Shown here piece after piece: positions 24,326 through 35,140 of a stretch of 64,000 nt of DNA. Position 1 is the stretch's first letter. Every line of letters begins with the position of its first letter. This DNA is from Heteronotia binoei (taxonomy: Eukaryota). The notes beneath the pieces are model-generated. The model did no database searches. It was given only the letters and a program-made list of their open reading frames with translations, and was not told the DNA's origin. The stretch lies in NCBI RefSeq assembly GCF_032191835.1, contig NC_083224.1, forward strand, positions 127,720,001-127,784,000. The letters run 5' to 3'. Made by a program: the position numbers and the translations under genes.

Positions 24326-27300
24326 CTCTCTCTCTCTCGGCTTGGCTTCGCGAACGAAGATTTAAGAAGGGTGCAATAGTCCACATCTGCTGCAGGCTCG
24401 CTGGTGGCTGACAAGACCAATGTGGGACAGGCAGGTCCGGCCACAGCGGCTGCAGGGAAAAGTCTGATTTAGGGTTGGTGCTGTAGCAGTGCGATTCTTC
24501 CTCAATCTCCTTTTGTCCTCAAGACCAGCTATGCGTGCGTTCTCAAAGGAAGAGACAGCCTGGTGGATGGTGTGCCTCCATGCTTTGCGATCTGAGGCTA
24601 GGTCAGACCACTGGTGATGGTTGATGTGACAGGTGCTAAGGGATTTCTTCAAGGAGTCCTTGTACCTCTTCTTTGGTGCCCCTCTATTTCGATGGCCGGT
24701 GGAGAGTTCGCCATACAGGGCAATCTTGGGAAGGCAGTGGTTTTCCATCCTAGAAATATGCCCTGCCCAGCGCAGCTGCGTCTTCAACAGCAGTGCCTCG
24801 ATGCTTGTAACCTCCGCCCACTTGAGGACTTCAGTGTTGGTCACAAAGTCACTCCAGTGGATGTTGAGGATGGTGCGAAGGCAGCGCTGATGAAAGCGCT
24901 CAAGGAGTCGCAGGTGATGACGGTATAAAACCCACGATTCGGAGCCGTAGATGAGGGTTGTCATCACAACCGCTTTGTAAACATTGATCTTTGTGCCTTT
25001 TTTCAGATGCTTGTTGCTCCACACTCTTTTGTGCAGTCGGCCAAATGCACGGTTTGCCTTTGCCAGCCTGTTGTCAATCTCCTTGTTGATCTTGGCATCT
25101 GAGGAGATGATGCACCCCAGGTAGCTGAACTGCTGGACTGTCTTCAGAACTGATTCACCCACAGTGATGCAGGGAGGGTGATAATCTTCCTGGGGTGCAG
25201 GCTGGTGGAGAACTTCTGTCCTCTTCAGACTAACTTCTAGGCCGAATAGCTTGGCAGCCTCTGCAAAGCAGGACGTCATATGCTGCAGAGCTGATACCGA
25301 GTGGGAGACGAGTGCAGCATCATCAGCAAACAGTAGCTCTCGGATGAGTTTTTCCATTGTCTTGGAGTGGGCCTTTAGTCGCCTCAGGTTGAACAGGCTG
25401 CCATCGGTGCGATAGCGGATGTAGACACCATCGTCATCATCTAGATCTACTGCGGCTCTTTGAAGCATCATGCTAAAGAAGATCGTAAAGAGAGTTGGCG
25501 CGAGAACGCAGCCTTGCTTTACACCTGTGCCTATTGGGAAGGGCTCCGAGAGGTCGTTGCAGTGTCTGACTTGGCCTCGCTGGTCTTCGTGTAGCTGGAT
25601 GATTATGCTGAGGAACCTTGGGGGACATCCTAAACGTTCCAAGATTTGCCACAGGCCTTTCCTGCTAACGGTATCGAAAGCTTTGGTAAGGTCGACAAAA
25701 GTCACATACAGAGCCTTGTTCTGTTCCCTGCATTTCTCTTGGAGCTGCCTGAGAACAAATACCATGTCGGTGGTGCTCCTGTTAGCTCTGAAGCCGCACT
25801 GGCTCTCTGGGAGGAGTTCTTCTGCAATGGTGGGCACCAGTCTGTTCAGGAGTATTCTGGCAAGGATTTTGCCTGCGATGGAGAGCAGGGTTATCCCCCG
25901 GTAGTTGGAGCAGTCTGACTTTTCCCCTTTGTTCTTGTATAGGGTGATGATGATTGCATCGCGAAAGTCCTGTGGTAATTTGCCTTGTTCCCAGCAGGTG
26001 ACAAGTACTTTGTGAAGTGAGCTATGTAGTACTGTGCCCCCATGCTTCCAGATCTCTGGTGGAATTCCATCAACTCCTGCTGCCTTGCCACTTTTCAGTT
26101 GCTTGATGGCTTTAACAGTCTCTTCGAGGGTGGGGATCTCATCCAACTCTGTTTTCACCAGTTGAAGTGGGGTGAGGTGGATTGCTGAATCTTGAACTAC
26201 GCGGTTGGCACTGAAGAGAACCTGAAAATACTCCGACCACCGGTTCAGTATGGATGCCTTGTCTGTGAGGAGCACTTGGCCATCTGCACTATGCAAGGGA
26301 CTCTGAGCCTGATATGATGGGCCATATACTGCCTTCAGGGCTCCGTAGAACCCTCTTAAATCACCAGTGTCTGCACACAGCTGGGTTCTCTCTGCAAGCT
26401 TGGTCCACCACTCGTTCTGAATGTCTCGAAGCTTGCGCTGGAGGTTGCGACATGCAGCGCGAAAGGTTGCTTTTTTCCCAGGACAGGAGGGCTGAGCAAG
26501 ATGTGCTTGGTAGGCAGATCTCTTTTTTGCCAGTAATTCTTGGATCTCTTGATTGTTCTCATCAAACCAGTCCTTGTTCTTCCTTGTGGAGAACCCGAGG
26601 ACTTCTTCAGAGATCTGCAGGACGGTAGTTTTTAGGTGTTCCCAGAGTGCTTCTGGAGAAGGGTCTGTGGGGCAACTGAGGTCCTCAATTCTTGACTGGA
26701 GTTTTGCCTGGAAGGCAGCTTTAACTTCGGCTGACTGGAGGCTGCCAACCTGAAACTTCCTCCGAGGGATACCTCCTCTCCTGGGTGTGGGTTTAAAGTG
26801 AAGACGGAGATTGCAGCGTACAAGACGATGATCCGTATGACATTCTGCGCTGGGCATTACTCGGGTGTGTAAGACATCTCGAAGGTCTCTCTGGCGCACC
26901 AGAATGTAGTCGATAAGGTGCCAATGCTTGGACCGTGGGTGCATCCAGGTTGTCTTCAGACTGTTCTTCTGCTGGAAGATAGTGTTGGTGATGGTGAGCT
27001 GGTGCTCCATGCAGAATTCTAGCAGGAGGCGCCCGTTGTCATTGCAGTTGCCAATGCCGTGTTTGCCAAGTACTCCTTTCCAGGCTTCCGAGTCTTTACC
27101 TACTCTGGCATTGAAGTCGCCAAGGATGATCACCTTGTCCTCTGTAGGGGTCTTCCGTACGAGGTTGCGTAGATCAGCATAGAACTTGTTCTTTTCTGCA
27201 GGATCTGCTTGAAGGGTTGGGGCATACACACTGAAGAGTGTTGCATGCTGCTTGTTTTGAAGTGGGAGGCGCATGGACATGATGCGATCTGAGTGACCTG

Positions 27301-28426
27301 TTGGCAGGTTTTCGAGTTTGGAGGCAATGGAGTTCCTGACCATGAAGCCAACGCCAGAAAGGCGGCTCTCAGCCTTTGACTTACCCGACCAGTAGAGGGT
27401 ATAGCCAGCACCATGTTCTTGAAGACTACCTTCCTCAGGGAAACGGACCTCACTGAGAGCTGCTATGTCGATATTCAACCTGAGAAGTTCGTGGGCAACT
27501 AGAGCAGAGCGTCGTTCAGGGCGACCACTGCCTACTGTGTCAAGCATGGTTCTGATGTTCCAACACGCAAGCTTTAGTCTTTGCACACTTTGTGAGGCAG
27601 GTGCATGCCTTTTCTTTGTTGTTATTTTTCGACCGCAAGTAAGGATGCCCGTTGACTGTGGCTAGCCAACTGGGGTGGGGGAGACGAGCTTTGTTTAGGC
27701 CACCTTTTCTAGGCCCCTCTCCATGTGGAGCAAGCAGTGCTGTCCCTAGATAAGGCTGCTTGGTCGTTCAAGGTGCTGCCGAAAAATGCTTTCATCTCCG
27801 GGTTAGCATCAGGCGACCAATACCCTGAACCGCCTACATGCAGGATCGGGACTGCGGCTTCCAGTGGCACCTTCCACCTGCCGTTTCGCCCCTTGCCCAT
27901 CGCTGCAGGACTTGATGCATTGTGGGTTGTGTATGTGGATATGCCCTTCAGGCCTGCGCAGAGGAATTTTTTAGGTGAAGCGCAGTGTGCGCGGTACTGG
28001 CTCCACCCTTTCACCTGGGGGTCATCTGCCATGGCCCAGTAAGCCGGGACGCCGGCAGCGAGTCCTCCAGGTGGTAGGTGTTACATTAACGAGCTCTATC
28101 TGCCCGGGTTTGATGTTAGAGTTTTCCTTCTCTTAGGCTGGTGAGGTTGGTGGGCCCAGCCTGCCCATCCGGTTATACCGCCGGACATTCGGTCGCACCA
28201 TGACGTAGCAAACTCTGTGAAAACGGGGGGGGGGGGGGACCAGCGAGAAGGTGTTGCTACGGATGCAGTAATGCAGGAGAGGCCATTGCAGTGACCATCT
28301 GCCAGGCATAGCCAGACAGTGACCACGCGGCGTTCACTACACCGGGAGAGGAGAGGCTATGTATTGCGCATACACTTTCCCTGGGGGGGTAGGATTCCCA
28401 GAGGGAGCCCACCCCCCACCCCCCCA
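24326..28426 (-). mobile_element. Full-length RTE-clade non-LTR retrotransposon (about 4.1 kb), inserted in a CR1 3' end
   Basis: TSD AAGCAAT at 24319-24325 and 28427-28433. The flanks rejoin into a CR1 3' UTR like the copy at 50671. It has an 840-nt 5' region, a single long ORF, and a 3' end ATCTTCGTTCGCGAAGCCAAGCC followed by a (GA)n tail. Confidence 0.93.
24362..27586 (-). CDS. RTE retrotransposon polyprotein: APE endonuclease + reverse transcriptase + C-terminal CCHC-type finger
   Basis: 1074 uninterrupted codons. EN motifs LACWNIRT, ALSEVR, YAPT, ILGDFNARVG, IDYILV, TDHRLV. RT motifs KAAGVDGIPPE, YRGITLL, QCGFR, FVDLTKAFDTV, GVKQGCVLAP, LLFADD, FSYLG. C-terminal CSRCGRTCLSHIGLVSHQRAC. 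The listed start codon is GTG, not ATG. Confidence 0.95.
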   Translation of the reverse strand: MQRLKLACWNIRTMLDTVGSGRPERRSALVAHELLRLNIDIAALSEVRFPEEGSLQEHGAGYTLYWSGKSKAESRLSGVGFMVRNSIASKLENLPTGHSDRIMSMRLPLQNKQHATLFSVYAPTLQADPAEKNKFYADLRNLVRKTPTEDKVIILGDFNARVGKDSEAWKGVLGKHGIGNCNDNGRLLLEFCMEHQLTITNTIFQQKNSLKTTWMHPRSKHWHLIDYILVRQRDLRDVLHTRVMPSAECHTDHRLVRCNLRLHFKPTPRRGGIPRRKFQVGSLQSAEVKAAFQAKLQSRIEDLSCPTDPSPEALWEHLKTTVLQISEEVLGFSTRKNKDWFDENNQEIQELLAKKRSAYQAHLAQPSCPGKKATFRAACRNLQRKLRDIQNEWWTKLAERTQLCADTGDLRGFYGALKAVYGPSYQAQSPLHSADGQVLLTDKASILNRWSEYFQVLFSANRVVQDSAIHLTPLQLVKTELDEIPTLEETVKAIKQLKSGKAAGVDGIPPEIWKHGGTVLHSSLHKVLVTCWEQGKLPQDFRDAIIITLYKNKGEKSDCSNYRGITLLSIAGKILARILLNRLVPTIAEELLPESQCGFRANRSTTDMVFVLRQLQEKCREQNKALYVTFVDLTKAFDTVSRKGLWQILERLGCPPRFLSIIIQLHEDQRGQVRHCNDLSEPFPIGTGVKQGCVLAPTLFTIFFSMMLQRAAVDLDDDDGVYIRYRTDGSLFNLRRLKAHSKTMEKLIRELLFADDAALVSHSVSALQHMTSCFAEAAKLFGLEVSLKRTEVLHQPAPQEDYHPPCITVGESVLKTVQQFSYLGCIISSDAKINKEIDNRLAKANRAFGRLHKRVWSNKHLKKGTKINVYKAVVMTTLIYGSESWVLYRHHLRLLERFHQRCLRTILNIHWSDFVTNTEVLKWAEVTSIEALLLKTQLRWAGHISRMENHCLPKIALYGELSTGHRNRGAPKKRYKDSLKKSLSTCHINHHQWSDLASDRKAWRHTIHQAVSSFENARIAGLEDKRRLRKNRTATAPTLNQTFPCSRCGRTCLSHIGLVSHQRACSRCGLLHPS

Positions 28427-28682
28427 AAGCAATACGCTATGGCTAATAGCCACTGATGGACCTCTGCTCCATATCCAATCCTCTCTTGAAGCTGTCTGTG
28501 CTTGTTGCCACCACCACCTCCTGTGGCAGTGAATTCCATGTGTTAATCACCCTTTGAGTGAAGGAAGTACTTCCTTTTATCAGTTCTAACTCGACTGCTC
28601 AGCAATTTCATTGAATGTCCATGAGTTCTCGTATTGTGAGAAAGGGAGAAAAGTACTTCTTTCTCTGCCTTCTCTAGCCAAC
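28427..28682 (-). mobile_element. CR1 LINE (part right of the RTE insertion)
   Basis: GGCTAATAGCCACTGATGGACCTCTGCTCC...GTATTGTGAGAAAGGGAGAAAAGTAC continues the same CR1 sequence seen at 41081-41310. Confidence 0.85.
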
Positions 28683-31600
28683 CAGGGCTGTCACAGGAGC
28701 ACCAAATGGAGACATTTGAAGAGAACTGGTTCCTTTTGTTCTGGAAGTATGGTGGCAGGCCTACAAATCAGAGTGGTACTGATGAATATCATTCAATAAT
28801 ACCTTATACAGTCTATAAAATAGTGTATGTTTGGGGGTGTCTTTCTTTCACGTTTTGCTAATGATTCCCTATTTTTTCAGCTGGAAGAAAGGAAGGTGTC
28901 TTGGGGGAAAAGGTTATGGAACAAAGCAAATGATAATGAATTTTGACACTATTTGTCATATGTGGAATGTAACCTACTGAATGTGTGGCTTAATGTGCAA
29001 ATGAGTTCCTGCTGGGCTTTTTCTACAAAAAAAAAAAGCCCTGGTCTCCAGGATAGCATGGTGACTGACTCAACTCCAAATCCACCATGTAGCTCCTTTT
29101 TCTCAGGCAATCTACTAGAAAACTGCTTGGACATTTTTCCTTGCATCCTTTTAAAGGAAAGAGCTAGAAGCTACAAGAACAGAAAAGCTGCATGAGCTAT
29201 TCGCAAGGGGGCATGACTCCCATATGCATTCTGTAGCTACAGGCCTGCATGGGAATAATTGTATTCACTTCTTGCAATTTCTGTAAGATGATCTGAGGAT
29301 CTCAATAAATCTCAGCTTTCTTTTCTAAGAAATATTTAACATGGATATTTAATATCCATGGACAATGCATAGAAACAGATTAATTATGTGTTTTGCAGAA
29401 AGTTCTGGTAACTTCTATATCTTCCATAAAGGTTTACAGGTTTTGTTTGTCCTCCCCAAGGATGCTACTTTTAGAAGATGCTATCAGCAAGAAAGTAAGC
29501 ACCTAGATACATGAAAAAAGTTAATTAATAAGATGACATTTTGATAAACTATTATATGTGAGGCAGACCAGGTCCCTATTAAAATATGTTTATTCATTTA
29601 ACTTGACTAATATTCACTTGTTAAAGAATTCATAGTGTGCTTTATAATGTCTGCTAATTACATTAGAACAGATATTTTCTTAGAAAAATTAAAAAAAAAT
29701 ATCCCCCACCAATGTATGGACAATACTATCATTCAGGCAATCAGAAAGGACATTTCTTTGTGATTTGCCAACTATAAATTATGATAGTGAGGAAAAAATG
29801 ATGCAAGTCATACTGAGTGTATCTTATCTGTTAATAAAGAATTGAAAGGAAGGAAGCAAGCCAAGTAACAGCCCCTATACACATTTGGCACCCTTAATTT
29901 TGTTATGTAGCAAGGTAGTGGGATGGGGATAGATAAGTGACTTTCAGGGCTTTCAGATTGCTTTACTGACATTTCATTTTAAATAACTTAAAAGACCTTT
30001 TTTGGTTCAGTCTCTTTCTAAATGCATCAAATAAATCCAGACATCTGGCAGCAGGGGTGTTAATGAGTAACAGGAGCACTGATTGGAAATAAGTGAAACC
30101 TGCTTGCTTAAAGTCAGGAGAAAGAGTCCAATGTGTATGCAGTCCATTTCTCCTCACCATTATATGAGGATTACTTGAAGCTAAACAGGATATCTTTAGA
30201 AGAAAAAAAGGGAAGGGAACTTTATAGGAATTCATTTGAGCTTCTCTTCAACTAGCACATTTCTGGTAAAGGGCTGGCTTGTATATGCTGCCTTGCCTTC
30301 TCCTAGTCTAAAATGGGCTGCTTTTGCAGCCCATCTTGGACCCAGCAAGGGACGCACAGAAGGGTGTCACATCTTGCACACACACCCCTTGAATCTGGTT
30401 GAAACAGCATGGGAGGAGGAACAGGCTTTCCAGGCACATCCATGCAGCTGTGAGCAAGAGCTGCTGCCCTTCTGGATTTTGCCTTGGATGCCCCCAGGAA
30501 GGAAGGTACATGAGTTGGCAAACTGATCTGACTGAGCTGGTTCTGGCCTGGTACCAAATATTTCCCTGGCCAAATGTTTGCTTGAGTACCTCCAAGCAGA
30601 GATAGAGACAGCAGCAGTGTATTTTACACAAGAGGGTAGCCACTGACAACTGTTATCAGATGGAACAGCTTTAGTTTGTATTTAAAAAGCCGCCCCCTTT
30701 TGCCAGAGATTCTGCCAGCATAAAGAGCCAAAGCTGAAATACTCCTCTTTGTGAAGGAGTGAAGTAAGGGCCATTAAAAAGATACTTTAACTTTGCAGAA
30801 CGAACTTCAGGCAGCTGAGCAACCACAATGAAGCTTGGATTTCACACTGGTGCTCTTTCCCCACTCCTGTAATGGAATCACAGGCAACTTTACAAATACA
30901 TTTAAATATCATATTTACAATTAATTACTATTTATTTCCCTCAAGCAATACTGAAACCATTACTACCTACTATTGAATTTTGCTTTTGACACCCCCACCC
31001 CACACACTGCATTCATAGGAATAGGAAATAAGAAAAACTTGTGCCTTTCTCCTGACATTTCCAACACAAGATAGAGAAGGGCAGTAGTGGGTAAGCAGAA
31101 CAAACGGACCAGTTCCCACTAGGGTTGCCAACTCCCGGTTTGTAAACTCCTGAAGATTTGGGAGTGAAGCCTGGGGAAGGCAGAGTTTGGTGAGGAGTAT
31201 GGTTGCTGACTCCAGGCTGGGAAATACCTGGGGGGGGGGCAGGGAGTTGAGCCTGAGGAGGGCAGAGTTTCGGAGGGGGGGGGTAGTTCAATGGAGTATG
31301 ATTCTATAGAGTTTACTTTCCAAAGCAATACTTTTCTTCATATTTTGATACATGGAAATCAGTTGTAATAGCAGGTGATCTCCAGCCACCCTTCTGGAGA
31401 CATAATAAACAAAAAGGACCACAGTACAGTGGTTATAACTGTTACAACAAAAATCACTGTGTGTAGTATTAAATGCTCAGTATATTCTTAATAATTTCTA
31501 TATAATAAATTCTGTGTCAAACACAGCTGTGCTCATATATTATTTTTTTTAGTTGTTTCCACAAGTTGGAACTTGTAGTCACTTTGAAGCTTTTTTTAAA

Positions 31601-34132
31601 AAAACAACAACAATTATTTAGCAGGAGGTAATCACCATACAGAATTATAAATGTTGCCTCAGCTTACTAGAAGCTTCACAAATTGTATGATTCTCCTACC
31701 TACATTATTAGTGGTGTAGGTAGGAAAATCATACCATTTTAATTTGAAAACTTGCAAATTTTTCTGTTTGAAGTCACAGGTCTTGAGGAAAGCTTGGGAA
31801 ATGGGAAGCTGGATCAACCCACCCATCCCCATTGTCTTGTCTGGCTTTGCTTATAGCTCCAAGGAAATCTTGAATTTACCAAAGAGAATACTGGACATTT
31901 ATACTCTTTGAGTTTGTCTTTTGTATTGGGTATTGTTTGTATCTTGCTTAAAACACTGAATATTTCACTTATATTATAAGGATTTGTGTGGGAATTCAAG
32001 CATTCTCAGCTGCTCAGCTATTTTGCTTTCTTGCTTTGCTTTCCTGCACAAGAAACCTTGAGAAATAGCTGAGCAGCTCAGCTTGCGGCTTTTCTGGGGA
32101 ACTTGGAGTCCCTTTAAACCCTGCTTTCTGCTCTACCCATGAGCTGCCATAAACTGCTTCAAAAGTTCATGGAAGTTTGTGACTGTAGATCCATCATGAA
32201 CTTTGGTTCAAAACCATGAACAGGGCCAAAGTCATGATGAATTTTGCTTCATGGTTTGGTTCATGCCTATCCCTACAGGGGTCCCCAACATAATGCCAGG
32301 GGGTACCATGGAGCCTGCTGAAAACTTTCCTGGTGCCGTCCAAGTGTTTTTAGAAAGTGGGCAGGGCCAGGTGAGGCCTTTGCCCAGCATGGCTTCTGAT
32401 TGGTCACTGAAGATATTATTTGCTATGCGGATTTTTTGGCGAGTACTGACATTGGTAGGAACAATTGTTTTGGAGATCAAAAGAGTAATCATTCTGCAGC
32501 TATCCATTTCTGCAGAATTAGTGGGACTAGAAGAAGCAAAATGCAGTGGTGATTGCCAAGATGTGAAAACTAATAAAAAACTTAAACACTTGAGACATCT
32601 TTCACTAAAATAGAATACAAACAAGACACAACTTTGGCAAAAATGAGTTGCTACTGGTTTTCTCTGAAGGACATTTACAGTTCAGCATGAGTGAATGAAG
32701 GTCTTTAAGCCTTTACCAACCTATTATGCCTATCCTCTCCAGAGTCATTTGTTTTTTAGTAAGGATCTGAAATCAGAAGCTACCACTTTTGGGGGGGAGA
32801 GGGGGACAAAAGGGGAGAAGTTGAGTATGTATGCATTTGTCTGGAAGGGGGAGTGTAGAGAAAGTTCAACACTCTGCTCTTTCATGCTGCAGTTTAAAAT
32901 GCTACCGTTACTTTATGGGAAGCTAATACATGATCTGTATTTTGGCTAGTGCCAACACTGAGATTTGCCCTGAAGAAGCTGTCACCTGAACCACCAGCTA
33001 CACTTAGTTTGATTCACAAGTGTTATGAAAGTAGTTCTATGAACTTTCATATGGATTCAAATTCACTCCCACATCCAATTCTTCTAATAAATAAGCTACT
33101 TAATCTCATATCAGCCAACTAGAGGTCACATTCTGGTTCTTGATGATCTCCTTTTACTTTTGTACACAGTCAGAAAGCATAAGACATTCCCTCACCTGGC
33201 AGGGCCTTGTTATTCACTGTGAGGCTTTCCAACAACAACTCTCTGCTAAGCAAGCTGGATCTGAAACACCATAATGTTTCTTCTCTTTGCCCTGAGTACT
33301 TGCCAGATCAGAGAGGAAGCTTGGCCTGATCCAAAGCGATTCACAGTTTTTAAGCAAAAAGAATTTACACAACCAACTCTGTCTCATCAGTTCTCTAAAA
33401 GACTTTTTTGAGTGCAGATTCTGGGGAGGGGGGAGTTGATGGAAGAAGGTTAGAGAATTGAAGGCATGATTAGCTGTTTCTTCTGGTGTACAACACTCAA
33501 CCCTTTGCTGAAAGACTTTTCTTGTACTGCTTCAAAAGCCTGTTCGACTAAAAACAAGGAATATGTGCAAACGCCATGGGAAATCTCTCTCAAACTAACT
33601 TTCAACACTCTCAGAAGCCATATGTCATTCCCACCCCCATGGTGCCATATTCTAAAACTGCAGAACACAACATCCCATAATGGGCTCCTATTAAAACTTC
33701 AGAAGACTGCTATCTCTCTCTGACTATCCATCTTCATGAATATTTGTGAGCAGCTGTCTGCCGCAAGCAGAAGATCAGAGCTCCATGCTTTGTTTCCTTC
33801 TGTTCACCCCCTTCATTCCTTCCCTACCTATGTACTCTGGATTCACTGTATATTCAAAGGAAGCAAGCCAGTCTGACAATGCAATTCTATGCAGAGTCAC
33901 TCCAGTCTAAACTCATTAATTTCATTGGCATTAGACTGAATTGCACAGGTTTGTACTGGAAGTTAGGCATTTAAAGTTGCAGGCAGATTTTATGGATTGC
34001 ATATTTTGTTCTAAATTCAAGTTTTAAGTTCCCTTTGCAGGGATAGTCTTAAAGCAGAGACAGAGAGACACCCAGATGCACACAAAGTCACATATGTCTA
34101 CAGTGAAATCAGAGCAGAGGCAAGCAACCTAC

Positions 34133-35029
34133 CAAAAGAGGGGACCAGCAGGCAAAGAGGACGCACATGATACCCAGCAGCTGGATCAGAGTTTCCATGG
34201 TGATCCTGCCCCACTGTCTCCTGGATCGAGACCTGGAGCTTTTGGTTCGGCACCGACAAACCAAAGCAACAATTGTCGCCATGTTGCATGCCACAGTGAT
34301 AACAAGGGAGGAGAGCCCCAAGAAAGCAAAAATCGAAGCAAAGACTGAGCTGCCCATCCCAGAACTGTCATCATCCCCAGTGCCAATGAAGCACCAGGTA
34401 CCTGGCCACTGGAGACTGTACTTCCCCACCCCAATGATGGGCAAGAGTGCAAAAGCAAAGATAGCCAGCCACACGCTGAGAATGACAGATTTGGTCACCC
34501 TGGTCTTCATGTGGCCAGAGTACCAGTGCGGGGCTCGGATGGCCAAAGTCCTTTCGACAGCCATGGCGCTGGCGATGAAGAGAGGGCACAGCCCAAAGAC
34601 AGTCATGCACATGCCAAAGAAGGTGCACAGTTTCAGAGACGGGTCCACCTTGTCCCAGTTCCGGTTAGCTAAGTACACCGAGATGACAATGGGGCTTGTC
34701 ACCAGCTGTCCAGTGAGATCGGTCAGTGCCAGGGAGCCGATGCACAGCAAGAAAGACTTCTTCCTTTGATTCTCCTTCTTGTGATAGGCTTGGTACACCA
34801 AAAGCATCGCCAGCCCATTGCCCACGATGCCCGTGATCATCATCGTTAGGGGGAACACGATGGAGACGGAGCCACACGGAGCCGTGGCGTTGCCAAGAAG
34901 AGCCATGGTGGTGGCGTTGAGCCGCTCCTGGCAGAGCCCGCACAGAGTCATGTTGCTTGGTGGAGGTGCGAAGGAAAAGGCAGCGGCGACGGAGGTGCCG
35001 GGAGCAGGCAGACGGCGCTCTGGTCCCAT
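34133..35029 (-). CDS. PTGER3: Prostaglandin E2 receptor EP3 subtype, coding exon 1 (N-terminus to TM6, 299 codons)
   Basis: ORF 34109..35029 has the prostanoid receptor motifs [51 protein letters not shown] and [21 protein letters not shown] donor (TTG|GTAGGT) follows PLL at 34133/34132, phase 0. The true start may be the ATG at 34951 (see findings). Confidence 0.97.
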
Positions 35030-35079
35030 CCCATGGCGGTGCGCCTCGAGCCAGCCGTTGGGGCTCTCCGGCGCGCCTC

Positions 35080-35140
35080 ACAGGGCTACCAAGGGCGAGC
35101 GGCCGCTCTATAAGGCGTAGGAGGCGGGGCCCCGCGGTCG
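35080..35140 (-). promoter_or_regulatory. PTGER3 core promoter candidate (TATA-like CTTATAG, GC box) in a CpG island spanning about 34700-35450
   Basis: CTATAAG at 35108-35114 and GAGGCGGGGC at 35121-35130 on the + strand lie about 80-100 bp upstream of the first ATG. CpG density is visibly higher than in the flanks. The TSS cannot be determined from sequence. Confidence 0.55.

Noticed and set aside
24614-28326. Many 60-145 aa ORFs on the + strand and in alternative frames over the RTE
   Set aside because: They are shadows of a long GC-rich coding sequence with no recognisable domains.
27960-28426. HDV-like self-cleaving ribozyme in the RTE 5' UTR
   Set aside because: Such ribozymes are known in some RTEs, and there are stems here (AGGCTGG/CCAGCCT, GGCAG/CTGCC). 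I could not fit P1, P1.1, P2, P3 and J4/2 consistently, so it is not claimed without a descriptor search.
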